Source: Candidatus Scatosoma sp. (GTDB taxonomy: Bacteria; Bacillota; Clostridia; Christensenellales; Borkfalkiaceae). From it: DNA of 64,000 nucleotides. A model generated the notes under the pieces. That model searched no databases. It was not told the DNA's origin and worked only from the letters and a program-made list of their open reading frames with translations. A program made the position numbers and the translations under genes. Shown one piece after another: positions 1 through 7,037 of the stretch. The stretch is from assembly GCA_045588185.1 (NCBI GenBank), contig JAZNDR010000051.1:5132-69131 (forward strand), given 5' to 3'. Each line of letters starts with the position of its first letter. Within the stretch, counting starts at the first letter, position 1.

Positions 1-1366
1 TCGTGTATGCTTGGACGAGTACGACATAGACAATTTTGGCGACCTTGTAACAGCGTTTAACGACGGCACTTTCGCGGCAAAGGTTTTACAGGCTTATCCG
101 TCGGCTGGCTCCGAAGTAAAACAAGCCTTGCAAACGATTATCAATGCACACGCGGCGGATATAGCAAACAATTTTTCCGCTATTCAATCGCTTGGCGAAA
201 ACAAGGTTGACAAAATTAAAACGCAAGCGGCGTATAAACGTGCATATATCATTATGCCCGATGGTACGCAAGGAACAGCGTATATCTCGGTGGAGCCTAT
301 TACGGGAAACATACCGCTTTATACGGGAGGCGGACAGCTTTGTGTTGCTGTTCCTATGCACAGTAGCCACGCAACCAACAGGGGTTACGTAAACGAGCAG
401 GATAATATGTTGGGCTCAAATGTGGAAATTTCAATTAACCCCAACACCTATGTTATGACGTTATCCTTAAAAAATACTTCTGGTGTGGTATTGAGTACGG
501 CGACGGTGGATTTACCGCTTGAAAGTATGATAATCGGGGGCAGTTATGCCGACGGCGTTTTATCGCTTCGTATCAAGAACACGGACGGGCACGTGGACGA
601 TAATGTAATAAATATCGACATTTCCGACCTTATCGACGGGCTCGTAAATATATCCACTTTCAATAGCGGTGTGGCTACGCTTAACGCTCGTATTGACGGC
701 ACGAATAATAATTTGCAGGCGTTTATCGACGAGGTGGATTTGAGCAAGATTTACGCACACGCCGCGTTTCACGCCGAAGAATCGGAGGGCGCACGTAACT
801 TTATTCGCGGTGGCTCGATTGATAGGCGTTTCAAAAAGATTGAAATGGAGGGCGGTACCAGTTTAGGATTATCGCTTGATACAAGCAACTATAAACTGAC
901 CGTTAGCCTTAAAAACCGAAAAGGCGAGGTGTTGAGCGCAGGAACGGTGGATTTACCTATTGAAAGCCTTATCGCCAGCGCGTCGTATGCAAATAAAACG
1001 CTTACCCTTAAACTGCAAAGCGGCGACACGCTTAATATCAACATTGCGGATATTGTAAGTGGTTTAGTGCCCGAAACGCGGACTATTAACGGCAAGACGC
1101 TTGCGGTTGATATTGTACTTACCGCGTCCGACGTGGGGGCGTATAGCAAAAGCGAAACGTATTCAAAAGAGGAAACCGCCACACTTATCGGCAGGGCAAA
1201 GCAAGAGCTTACAATCGCTATCGACGAAAAAGAGGTTGTGGGGTATGCTTATATGTCGTCGGAGGCGGAAAAGGCAAGCGGCTTTATTATAGGCGGTGCC
1301 ATTGACCGCCGGTTTAAGAAAATCGAAAAGCGACTTTCCGCGCTTGAAATAGAAACAAACGAATAA
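1..1366 (+). CDS. phage tail-fibre-like structural protein, probably 5'-truncated by the window edge, internally duplicated
   Basis: The frame is open from nt 2, with no stop before the listed TTG at 11. There are two internal repeat pairs: VDLPLESMIIGGSYADGVLSLRIKN / VDLPIESLIASASYANKTLTLKLQS, and GGSIDRRFKKIEMEG / GGAIDRRFKKIEKRL. The gene ends 15 nt before the DGR target gene. Function is inferred from context and architecture only. Confidence 0.45.
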   Translation, partial: RVCLDEYDIDNFGDLVTAFNDGTFAAKVLQAYPSAGSEVKQALQTIINAHAADIANNFSAIQSLGENKVDKIKTQAAYKRAYIIMPDGTQGTAYISVEPITGNIPLYTGGGQLCVAVPMHSSHATNRGYVNEQDNMLGSNVEISINPNTYVMTLSLKNTSGVVLSTATVDLPLESMIIGGSYADGVLSLRIKNTDGHVDDNVINIDISDLIDGLVNISTFNSGVATLNARIDGTNNNLQAFIDEVDLSKIYAHAAFHAEESEGARNFIRGGSIDRRFKKIEMEGGTSLGLSLDTSNYKLTVSLKNRKGEVLSAGTVDLPIESLIASASYANKTLTLKLQSGDTLNINIADIVSGLVPETRTINGKTLAVDIVLTASDVGAYSKSETYSKEETATLIGRAKQELTIAIDEKEVVGYAYMSSEAEKASGFIIGGAIDRRFKKIEKRLSALEIETNE

Positions 1367-1381
1367 CAGGAGGATTCAATA

Positions 1382-2479
1382 ATGTTACTGGAAAAAACTA
1401 AAATTTACGGCGTTGACGGCGTGGGCGGCTCCACGACCACCTTAACGCGGACGGACGGCTCGGTGGGGCTTGGCTATACGCGAGGTGCAAGCGAAATCAT
1501 AAGCGATTTTGACCGTTGCTATCCGTATTGCGAAATGCAAGAAGTGATGGACGAAAGTGGAAATGTGTTTATCCGTATTCCCAAATTCTATACGAAGATT
1601 ACACCTAACCCCGACGGCACTTTCAAGCACCAAATTTCGGGGTGTCGATACGACGGGTTTGGTACGCTTTTCATTGATGGAAAAGGCAATGAAATTGACT
1701 ATATTCTCGTTGGTAAATACGAGGGCAGTTATAACTCGGAAACGGGCAAAATGTGTTCCAAATCGGGCGAAACGGTTAAGGTAAGTATCAATATTACACA
1801 GTACCGCAATTACTGTAAAGCAAACGGCGAGGGCTACCAGCAATACGATTTCCTTATCGACGCGATACTCAAAGAGTTGTTTATGATTGAGTTTGCTACC
1901 ACGCATTGCCAGTCTATTATGTCGGGCTTTACAAACGGTAGTAATACCGCCGCGCTCATTACGGGGCATACCGATTGCGTGGCTACGCCGTCGGGCTCGT
2001 GGAATACTGGGCATACGGCAACTGACACGGAAGATTGTACGACGTGTAATACCGACGGCTACCACGCTTGCAAATATCGCGGCATTGAAAACCCGTTCGG
2101 GAATACTTGGACGTTTTGCGACGGTATCAATTTTGACAAGGAAAAGATTTACGTTTGCACCGACCCCGAATACTATGAGGCGAATAAGTACACCGCGCCT
2201 TATACCTATATGGGCAACAGGGTAATGACAAACGGCTATATCAAGAAAATAACGCCTTTTGCAAAAAATCCGCTTTTAGGGTATGTAACGGAAATTGGCG
2301 CGAACGGTAACACCTATTATTCCGACTATCATTACCAAGCCGAAACGGGTACAATCCTTGTCGTCGGCGGTCTTTGGTCCTACGGCGACCGTGCTGGTTT
2401 GTGGTGTTGGAGTGGTGACAGCGACGCGGCGCGCGCGTTCGGTATCTTTGGTGGGCGCCTTTGCTATAAACCTCTTTAA
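1382..2479 (+). CDS. DGR variable (target) protein with C-type-lectin/FGE-like C-terminus carrying the VR
   Basis: AGGAGG RBS sits 7 nt upstream of the start. The C-terminus GGLWSYGDRAGLWCWSGDSDAARAFGIFGGRLCYKPL is encoded by the VR, which matches the downstream TR except at TR adenines. Confidence 0.85.
   Translation: MLLEKTKIYGVDGVGGSTTTLTRTDGSVGLGYTRGASEIISDFDRCYPYCEMQEVMDESGNVFIRIPKFYTKITPNPDGTFKHQISGCRYDGFGTLFIDGKGNEIDYILVGKYEGSYNSETGKMCSKSGETVKVSINITQYRNYCKANGEGYQQYDFLIDAILKELFMIEFATTHCQSIMSGFTNGSNTAALITGHTDCVATPSGSWNTGHTATDTEDCTTCNTDGYHACKYRGIENPFGNTWTFCDGINFDKEKIYVCTDPEYYEANKYTAPYTYMGNRVMTNGYIKKITPFAKNPLLGYVTEIGANGNTYYSDYHYQAETGTILVVGGLWSYGDRAGLWCWSGDSDAARAFGIFGGRLCYKPL
2355..2465 (+). 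repeat. DGR variable repeat (VR)
   Basis: Ungapped alignment to 2561-2671 (offset 206) covers 111 positions with 23 mismatches. Every mismatch is at a TR adenine. The GC-rich 3' block GGTGGGCGC (2451-2459) is conserved in both copies, as expected for an IMH-like element. Confidence 0.9.
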
Positions 2480-2490
2480 GAGAGGGATTA

Positions 2491-2514
2491 TTAAGGGGGA
2501 AACCTCCCCCTTAA
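2491..2514 (+). promoter_or_regulatory. perfect 10-bp hairpin (TTAAGGGGGA / TCCCCCTTAA, loop AACC) just 3' of the VR; candidate DGR target-recognition hairpin and/or terminator
   Basis: Arms at 2491-2500 and 2505-2514 are exact reverse complements, extendable by an A-T pair at 2490/2515. The hairpin lies 26 nt after the VR end and 12 nt after the stop codon. No T-run follows it. Confidence 0.5.
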
Positions 2515-2560
2515 TGTATCAATTAAACAAAAATTATAAGGGTAGCGTGTGCAATCCCCC

Positions 2561-2671
2561 TCCTTATCGTCGGCGGTAATTGGAACAACGGCGACAATGC
2601 TGGTTTGTGGAATTGGAATGGTAACAACGACGCGACGAACGCGAACGGTAACATTGGTGGGCGCATTTAAT
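2561..2671 (+). repeat. DGR template repeat (TR)
   Basis: Non-coding copy of the VR. Read in the VR frame it gives AAT/AAC (Asn) codons at 11 positions, and 23 of its 30 adenines differ from the VR. It lies between the target gene and the RT. Confidence 0.9.
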
Positions 2672-2792
2672 CTAAAATCTTATTCATTATGAGCACGCGC
2701 AATCCGTAGCCCTTGCTAAAAAACACTTCACAAAGAGGACGGTTTAGTAGGTTTATTCTCGAAAGACCGCAAGAGGATTAAAGTTTATTTCT
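2672..2792 (+). ncRNA. TR-RT spacer, likely part of the DGR template RNA
   Basis: A 121-nt non-coding stretch between the TR end and the RT start codon. In characterised DGRs the equivalent spacer is co-transcribed with the TR and needed for priming. No conserved structure could be verified by eye. Confidence 0.35.
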
Positions 2793-3887
2793 ATGAAAAG
2801 GGTAGGTTATTTATACGAAAAAATGTGTGATATTGACACGGTAAAGCTGGCAATAAGAAACGCGGCGAAAGGTAAAAATAACCGCCCTTACATAGCAAAG
2901 ATACTCGGCGATATAGATTACTACGCACAGGAAATATTGGATATGTTACGAACGGAAAACGTGCGATTATCCCCAAATACGTATCAAAATATTTTCGATA
3001 CGTCCTGTATGAAATATCGCTTAATAACGGTACCGCGTTTCTATCCCGACCAAATAATCCATTGGCTCGTTGTAATGGCTATTCAGCCAGTATTGGAGCG
3101 CGGTATGTACCGCTATTGTTGCGGTAGTATTCCAAATCGCGGTGGCATAGACGCAAAGGCTTTTGTGGAAACCGCGATACAAGACGGGAAAATGCGCTAT
3201 GTAGCAAAGTTGGATATATCCAAATTCTTCAACAGCGTAAACCCAACTATCCTGCGTTCTATGTTTGAAAGAAAGATTAAAGACCGCAAAATGCTTTCGT
3301 TGATTGAAAAGGTGTTGCGGAACGGAGGCGATTGTTTGCCGATAGGGTATTACACGTCGCAATGGTTTAGCAATTTCTTTTTAGAGGGGTTAGACCATTA
3401 TATCAAAGAGCAGTTGCATATCAAATATTACGTTCGGTACGTGGACGATATGGTGCTTATAGATTCAAACAAAAGAAAATTACACAAAGCGGTAAAAGCG
3501 ATTAACGAATACCTGCATACGATAGGGCTATCCCTAAAATCCACGTGGCAGGTTTGGAAACTGCACAGCCGCCCGATTGATTTTGTCGGTTATAGATTTT
3601 ATAAACACAGGACGGTATTAAGGAAGAAGATATTTTTTCGCCTATGCCGCCGCATAAGAAAAGTGAAACGCACAGGGCGCATATCGCCCCATCAAGCAAT
3701 GAGCATACTTTCTCTTTTGGGGTGGCTATCCCATATTAAAGCGCGTGAGTGGTATAAAAAGAAGATTTACCCGTATGCGCCTAAAAATAAACTTAAAAGA
3801 ATTGTGAGCAATCACAGTAAAAAATTAAACGGAGGTTTACATTATGGTAAAGGTATTCAGCAAAGACAAATGGCTGGAATCGGCTAA
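2793..3887 (+). CDS. DGR-type reverse transcriptase
   Basis: Carries the YVDD catalytic motif (RYVDDMVL) and the DGR-diagnostic LPIGYYTSQ (I/LGxxxSQ) motif. Length is 364 aa, and it sits immediately downstream of a TR. Confidence 0.9.
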   Translation: MKRVGYLYEKMCDIDTVKLAIRNAAKGKNNRPYIAKILGDIDYYAQEILDMLRTENVRLSPNTYQNIFDTSCMKYRLITVPRFYPDQIIHWLVVMAIQPVLERGMYRYCCGSIPNRGGIDAKAFVETAIQDGKMRYVAKLDISKFFNSVNPTILRSMFERKIKDRKMLSLIEKVLRNGGDCLPIGYYTSQWFSNFFLEGLDHYIKEQLHIKYYVRYVDDMVLIDSNKRKLHKAVKAINEYLHTIGLSLKSTWQVWKLHSRPIDFVGYRFYKHRTVLRKKIFFRLCRRIRKVKRTGRISPHQAMSILSLLGWLSHIKAREWYKKKIYPYAPKNKLKRIVSNHSKKLNGGLHYGKGIQQRQMAGIG

Positions 3888-4035
3888 CAAGCAAAAGGAA
3901 CAGGGTATTTTGTCGCAAAGAGAAATCGACGACGCGCAGGAAAACTGGGTAAACGCGCTCGATGGCAAGACCTATGAAGAAATTGCCGTTGCCGGTTGCG
4001 ACGCAATGCGCGACGACTGGTTTATCGTTCGTTAA
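3844..4035 (+). CDS. hypothetical small protein (63 aa) overlapping the RT 3' end
   Basis: GGAGG RBS at 3831-3835 lies 8 nt before the ATG. The ORF overlaps the RT by 44 nt. No recognisable motif. Confidence 0.45.
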   Translation: MVKVFSKDKWLESANKQKEQGILSQREIDDAQENWVNALDGKTYEEIAVAGCDAMRDDWFIVR

Positions 4036-4046
4036 GGAGCGTTGCT

Positions 4047-4505
4047 ATGAAAATGGAATACGGTTTATTTAACAGCGCAAAAAAGGGGTTTATCCTTACA
4101 AGAAATCCCGAACTTATCAACGACGACCTTATTATCGCCTTTACGGGTGCTCCGAACGACGCAACGGCTATTTTTGAGAATGAGGCAGGCAATTCCTTGT
4201 ATAGACAGTTGAACGACGAAACCTGCGCGATTCCCGTTGAGTTTCTCGTGGGAAATGTAAAGGTGGTTGTGGCGACGTTGAACGGCAAAGCGGACGCGCC
4301 TAAATATAAGTGTGAAAGTATTTACACTAAACGCGTTTCCGATGGTGTATTGATTTGCCCCAACGGCATTGATATACCTATGCAAATTATCGAAATTTTC
4401 AGCGAAATTCAAAAAATCAAAAACGAAATGGTAACCTCGTCAAGAAAGCACGACGACCTCAATAGAAAGGTGGATAAACTGCTCGACGGTTACGACTTCG
4501 ATTAA
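4047..4505 (+). CDS. hypothetical protein (152 aa) with coiled-coil-like C-terminus
   Basis: Start moved to ATG 4047, which follows an AAGGAG RBS. The listed start at 3996 has no RBS. No recognisable domain. Confidence 0.6.
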   Translation: MKMEYGLFNSAKKGFILTRNPELINDDLIIAFTGAPNDATAIFENEAGNSLYRQLNDETCAIPVEFLVGNVKVVVATLNGKADAPKYKCESIYTKRVSDGVLICPNGIDIPMQIIEIFSEIQKIKNEMVTSSRKHDDLNRKVDKLLDGYDFD

Positions 4506-4522
4506 ACAGGAGGCAAATTATT

Positions 4523-5173
4523 ATGAAAGCAAAAAGATTATTTACGTTGAGCGCATTGCTCGCGGTAATGTGTTTAGTGGTTGCGTTGTTTTTCGGCTCC
4601 ACAATGGGCGCAAAAACGGCAAAGGCGGAAGAAGTGGCGGACGGAACGACCTACGAGGTTTCAACCGAAATAGACCAAAACGACGCGTTAGAAACGGAAG
4701 ATACAGGCGAAAAGGAACACACCGTTTGGACGCGTTTAGGCGAATGGTTTTCCCATAACTTTCTCGAATTTCTTTCCAGCGTGGACTTGGTGGCTATGGC
4801 TGGCTGTATTACTGCTGTTATCTTTGAAAGAAAATCGAATAAGAAACACAACGAAGAAACGAAAACCTCCATAAAAGAGAATACGGAGGAAATGAAACGA
4901 AATACTGCCAGCAACGACGAAGTATTAAAGGTTGCAAACCTGCTTATTGATAGCACGAACGCGCTGGCGGCAAGCGAAGAAAAGCGCGACGTGAGCGTGG
5001 AACAGTTGCTATTACTTAATAAGGCGGTTTTGGAAATCCTTGTAACGGTTTACGTCAACAACAAGAATATTCCGCAGGCAACGAAAGACCTTGTAAATAT
5101 GAAATACGTTGCCGCAATTAAAGGCGGTACAAGCGTAACGCCCGACGAGGTAAAAGAAGTATCGGAGGGATAA
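4523..5173 (+). CDS. hypothetical membrane-anchored protein (216 aa)
   Basis: AGGAGG RBS. N-terminal hydrophobic signal/anchor (LFTLSALLAVMCLVVALFF), a second hydrophobic segment (VDLVAMAGCITAVIF), and a helical charged C-terminal half. Confidence 0.6.
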   Translation: MKAKRLFTLSALLAVMCLVVALFFGSTMGAKTAKAEEVADGTTYEVSTEIDQNDALETEDTGEKEHTVWTRLGEWFSHNFLEFLSSVDLVAMAGCITAVIFERKSNKKHNEETKTSIKENTEEMKRNTASNDEVLKVANLLIDSTNALAASEEKRDVSVEQLLLLNKAVLEILVTVYVNNKNIPQATKDLVNMKYVAAIKGGTSVTPDEVKEVSEG

Positions 5174-5176
5174 GCT

Positions 5177-5566
5177 ATGAAGAACACGACCAAAGGAAAG
5201 ATAATCAAAGGCACGGCGTTGACGATTGACGTGGCGGCTCCCTTGATTACCACTATTTGCCAGTTTCCCGTGTGGGTGGAAAAATCCTCGTCCGCGACTG
5301 TATCGGGCATATTTTTGGTGTTTGCGTTCCTTTCCTGCATACCTTTCCTTAACCAAATCAAAACGTGGTTAAAATCCCCGTCCGTGCCTGTTTTATGGTG
5401 CGTATTTTTGGTTTTATTTACGCTTTTGCGTAATATCATAGACCAAATGTGGATTATATGCCTTGTCGGCGTTATATCGAACTGCATAGGCTCCGTGATT
5501 TACAAGGTGGGCAATACGGTTGCGGCAAAACCCGACGCGAATAATAGCGGAGGTGGTACCGTATGA
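5177..5566 (+). CDS. hypothetical 4-TM membrane protein (129 aa), holin-like by size and topology only
   Basis: Starts 3 nt after the previous stop. Four hydrophobic segments and a polar C-terminal tail. Confidence 0.55.
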   Translation: MKNTTKGKIIKGTALTIDVAAPLITTICQFPVWVEKSSSATVSGIFLVFAFLSCIPFLNQIKTWLKSPSVPVLWCVFLVLFTLLRNIIDQMWIICLVGVISNCIGSVIYKVGNTVAAKPDANNSGGGTV

Positions 5567-6570
5567 GCGATAAGATAGGGCATATCGAGAAAGCGGCTCC
5601 TGCGCCCGATAATACGCCGAATAACGGCGGTTTGGGCGGTGCGCTGGATAGTATGCGCGAAAGCAAAAATAAGGCGATAAAAGGCTTTATAAACAACAAA
5701 GGGTTATTCGTTGGGATAATCCTTGTGTTTATTGTAATCTTGGTATTTACGACTAACGTAAATTTCCAGTCAACGGCTGAAATAATCAAGTTGAGTTTGG
5801 TTATATTCGTCTTTATATTTTGCTCGTATTCTATGTATGTAAACTGCGCGGATAGTGGAACGAGAGCAGGGAAAAATACAAGCCAGTATATCACGACGCA
5901 GGAAGAATACAACGTGATTAAAAAGCGCATTATCGACGGAAACAACCAAATGCGATTGAGTGAATTTTGCCGATATTACATAGACGACGAACTGAAAAAT
6001 GCTCGTAAGGATATTTTGGACGGCGTAGGAATCGACTACGACGAATACCTTAAAATATGGGTAGGCGCGGACAAAATAACCATAGAATCGGACGACAAAC
6101 TGTCGCAAGGAAAAAAGGCGGCAATAATTAAAGCAAACGCAATAAAGCCCGTGAAACTTACCCCCGAAATGATAATGAAGTGTGGGCGCGGTAATAAGCG
6201 TCGCGCGCCTCTTGGGGTGCGCCCCGAAACGCTTAAAAAGGTAAATTACGGGGTAAAACTTATCACGACGATAAGCACGTCGTTATTTACTTGTATGCTT
6301 GCTTTGGAGGTAATCAGCAATCCGTCTTGGGCGACATTTGCGGAGCTTTGTATAAAGCTGTTGATGGTAATTTTAAGCGGCTTTACGGGCTATAAAATGG
6401 GGTATGAAAATATCACGGTAAACACGGTAGATTATATCCTCGACCAAACGGATTTACTTAACCAGTTTGAACAGTATTTAGGTAAATATCCCGTTCCCGT
6501 AGCGGAAGAAGTTGGGGAAGAAATTACCCCCGAAAACGAAAAAATAGAAGTGGAAACGCCGTCAGCTTGA
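5563..6570 (+). CDS. hypothetical membrane protein (335 aa) with 2+2 TM segments flanking a soluble domain
   Basis: ATGA start/stop overlap with the upstream ORF indicates translational coupling. No recognisable catalytic motif. Confidence 0.6.
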   Translation: MSDKIGHIEKAAPAPDNTPNNGGLGGALDSMRESKNKAIKGFINNKGLFVGIILVFIVILVFTTNVNFQSTAEIIKLSLVIFVFIFCSYSMYVNCADSGTRAGKNTSQYITTQEEYNVIKKRIIDGNNQMRLSEFCRYYIDDELKNARKDILDGVGIDYDEYLKIWVGADKITIESDDKLSQGKKAAIIKANAIKPVKLTPEMIMKCGRGNKRRAPLGVRPETLKKVNYGVKLITTISTSLFTCMLALEVISNPSWATFAELCIKLLMVILSGFTGYKMGYENITVNTVDYILDQTDLLNQFEQYLGKYPVPVAEEVGEEITPENEKIEVETPSA

Positions 6571-6580
6571 TGGCGTTTTT
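6554..6580 (+). terminator. intrinsic terminator
   Basis: Stem AAACGCC / GGCGTTT followed by a T-run. It spans the stop codon of the 335-aa ORF. Confidence 0.6.
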
Positions 6581-6617
6581 AATTTTCAAAAAATTTTAGA
6601 AAAAAAATCAAAAATAA

Positions 6618-6835
6618 AAAGTTGGTTATGCAAAAATTTTTATTTTTTCAAAGTTGCCTATGCAAAATCTCTAAAAAAATTTTAAGGAAACGCGGAAACC
6701 CTTATAAATAAAGGCTTTTTTATTATGCAAACACTATGCAAATGCACAACACTTGCAATGCAAATGCAATGCACTTGCATACGGGTTGCAATGCAAATGC
6801 AATGCAAAATTATGCAAATCAAATCAAATCAAAGG
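6618..6835. repeat. TGCAA / TATGCAAA iteron-like repeat array
   Basis: AAAGTTGsyTATGCAAAA occurs at 6618 and 6650 (32-nt spacing). TATGCAAA occurs at 6724, 6735 and 6811. A perfect 21-nt direct repeat TTGCAATGCAAATGCAATGCA lies at 6753-6773 and 6786-6806 (33-nt period). An (AAATC)x3 run follows at about 6817-6832. Confidence 0.75.
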
Positions 6836-6840
6836 TAAAT

Positions 6841-6896
6841 GATTTATATATTAGTTACTTATATATAGGGAATTTTCTTTGAGAAATATATAAATC
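6841..6896. repeat. AT-rich inverted repeat
   Basis: GATTTATATAT (6841-6851) and ATATATAAATC (6886-6896) are exact reverse complements. Confidence 0.7.
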
Positions 6897-6903
6897 TTTG
6901 ACT

Positions 6904-6979
6904 GGCAGGTAGGCAGGAATGAATTTAATTTACGCCTGCGCGCGCTGGCGCGCGTGCTCCCTGCCTGCTGTCTTTTTTT
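6904..6979 (+). terminator. GC-rich compound hairpin followed by T7; terminator-like insulator or IS end
   Basis: Outer arms AGGCAGG (6911-6917) and CCTGCCT (6960-6966) enclose a GCGCGC..GCGCGC inner hairpin. A T7 run follows at 6973-6979. The surrounding sequence is AT-rich. Confidence 0.4.
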
Positions 6980-7037
6980 GTTAAAAAATCTTGAAAAATT
7001 TGGAAATTTGTGTTATACTATTTTTAGGAGGCGCAAA

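Noticed and set aside
2295-2579. 94-aa + strand ORF spanning the VR-TR gap
   Set aside because: It is out of frame with the target gene and runs across the stop, the hairpin and into the TR. It is an artefact of the GC-rich repeat.
2793-3887. The RT could be a group II intron maturase, a retron RT or a defence-associated RT
   Set aside because: It has the I/LGxxxSQ motif rather than the SP-type motif. It sits 121 nt from a TR whose only differences from a nearby coding VR are at adenines. No intron domain V/VI-like structure or retron msr/msd inverted repeats were seen flanking it.
6618-6835. The repeat array as a CRISPR array
   Set aside because: The repeat units are short (8-21 nt) and overlapping. 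They are not separated by unique spacers of uniform length, and no cas genes are present.
6725-6838. 37-codon ORF through the iteron array (MQTLCKCTTLAMQMQCTCIRVAMQMQCKIMQIKSNQR), a possible Cys-rich repeat peptide
   Set aside because: There is no Shine-Dalgarno sequence upstream. The repeat period of 33 nt keeps any frame open by construction, and the composition is dictated by the TGCAA motif. It is noted only as an alternative reading.
6954-7037. Listed ORF start at 6954 for the transposase
   Set aside because: The first 28 codons run through the GC hairpin and T-run and lack an RBS. ATG 7038 has an AGGAGG 7 nt upstream.
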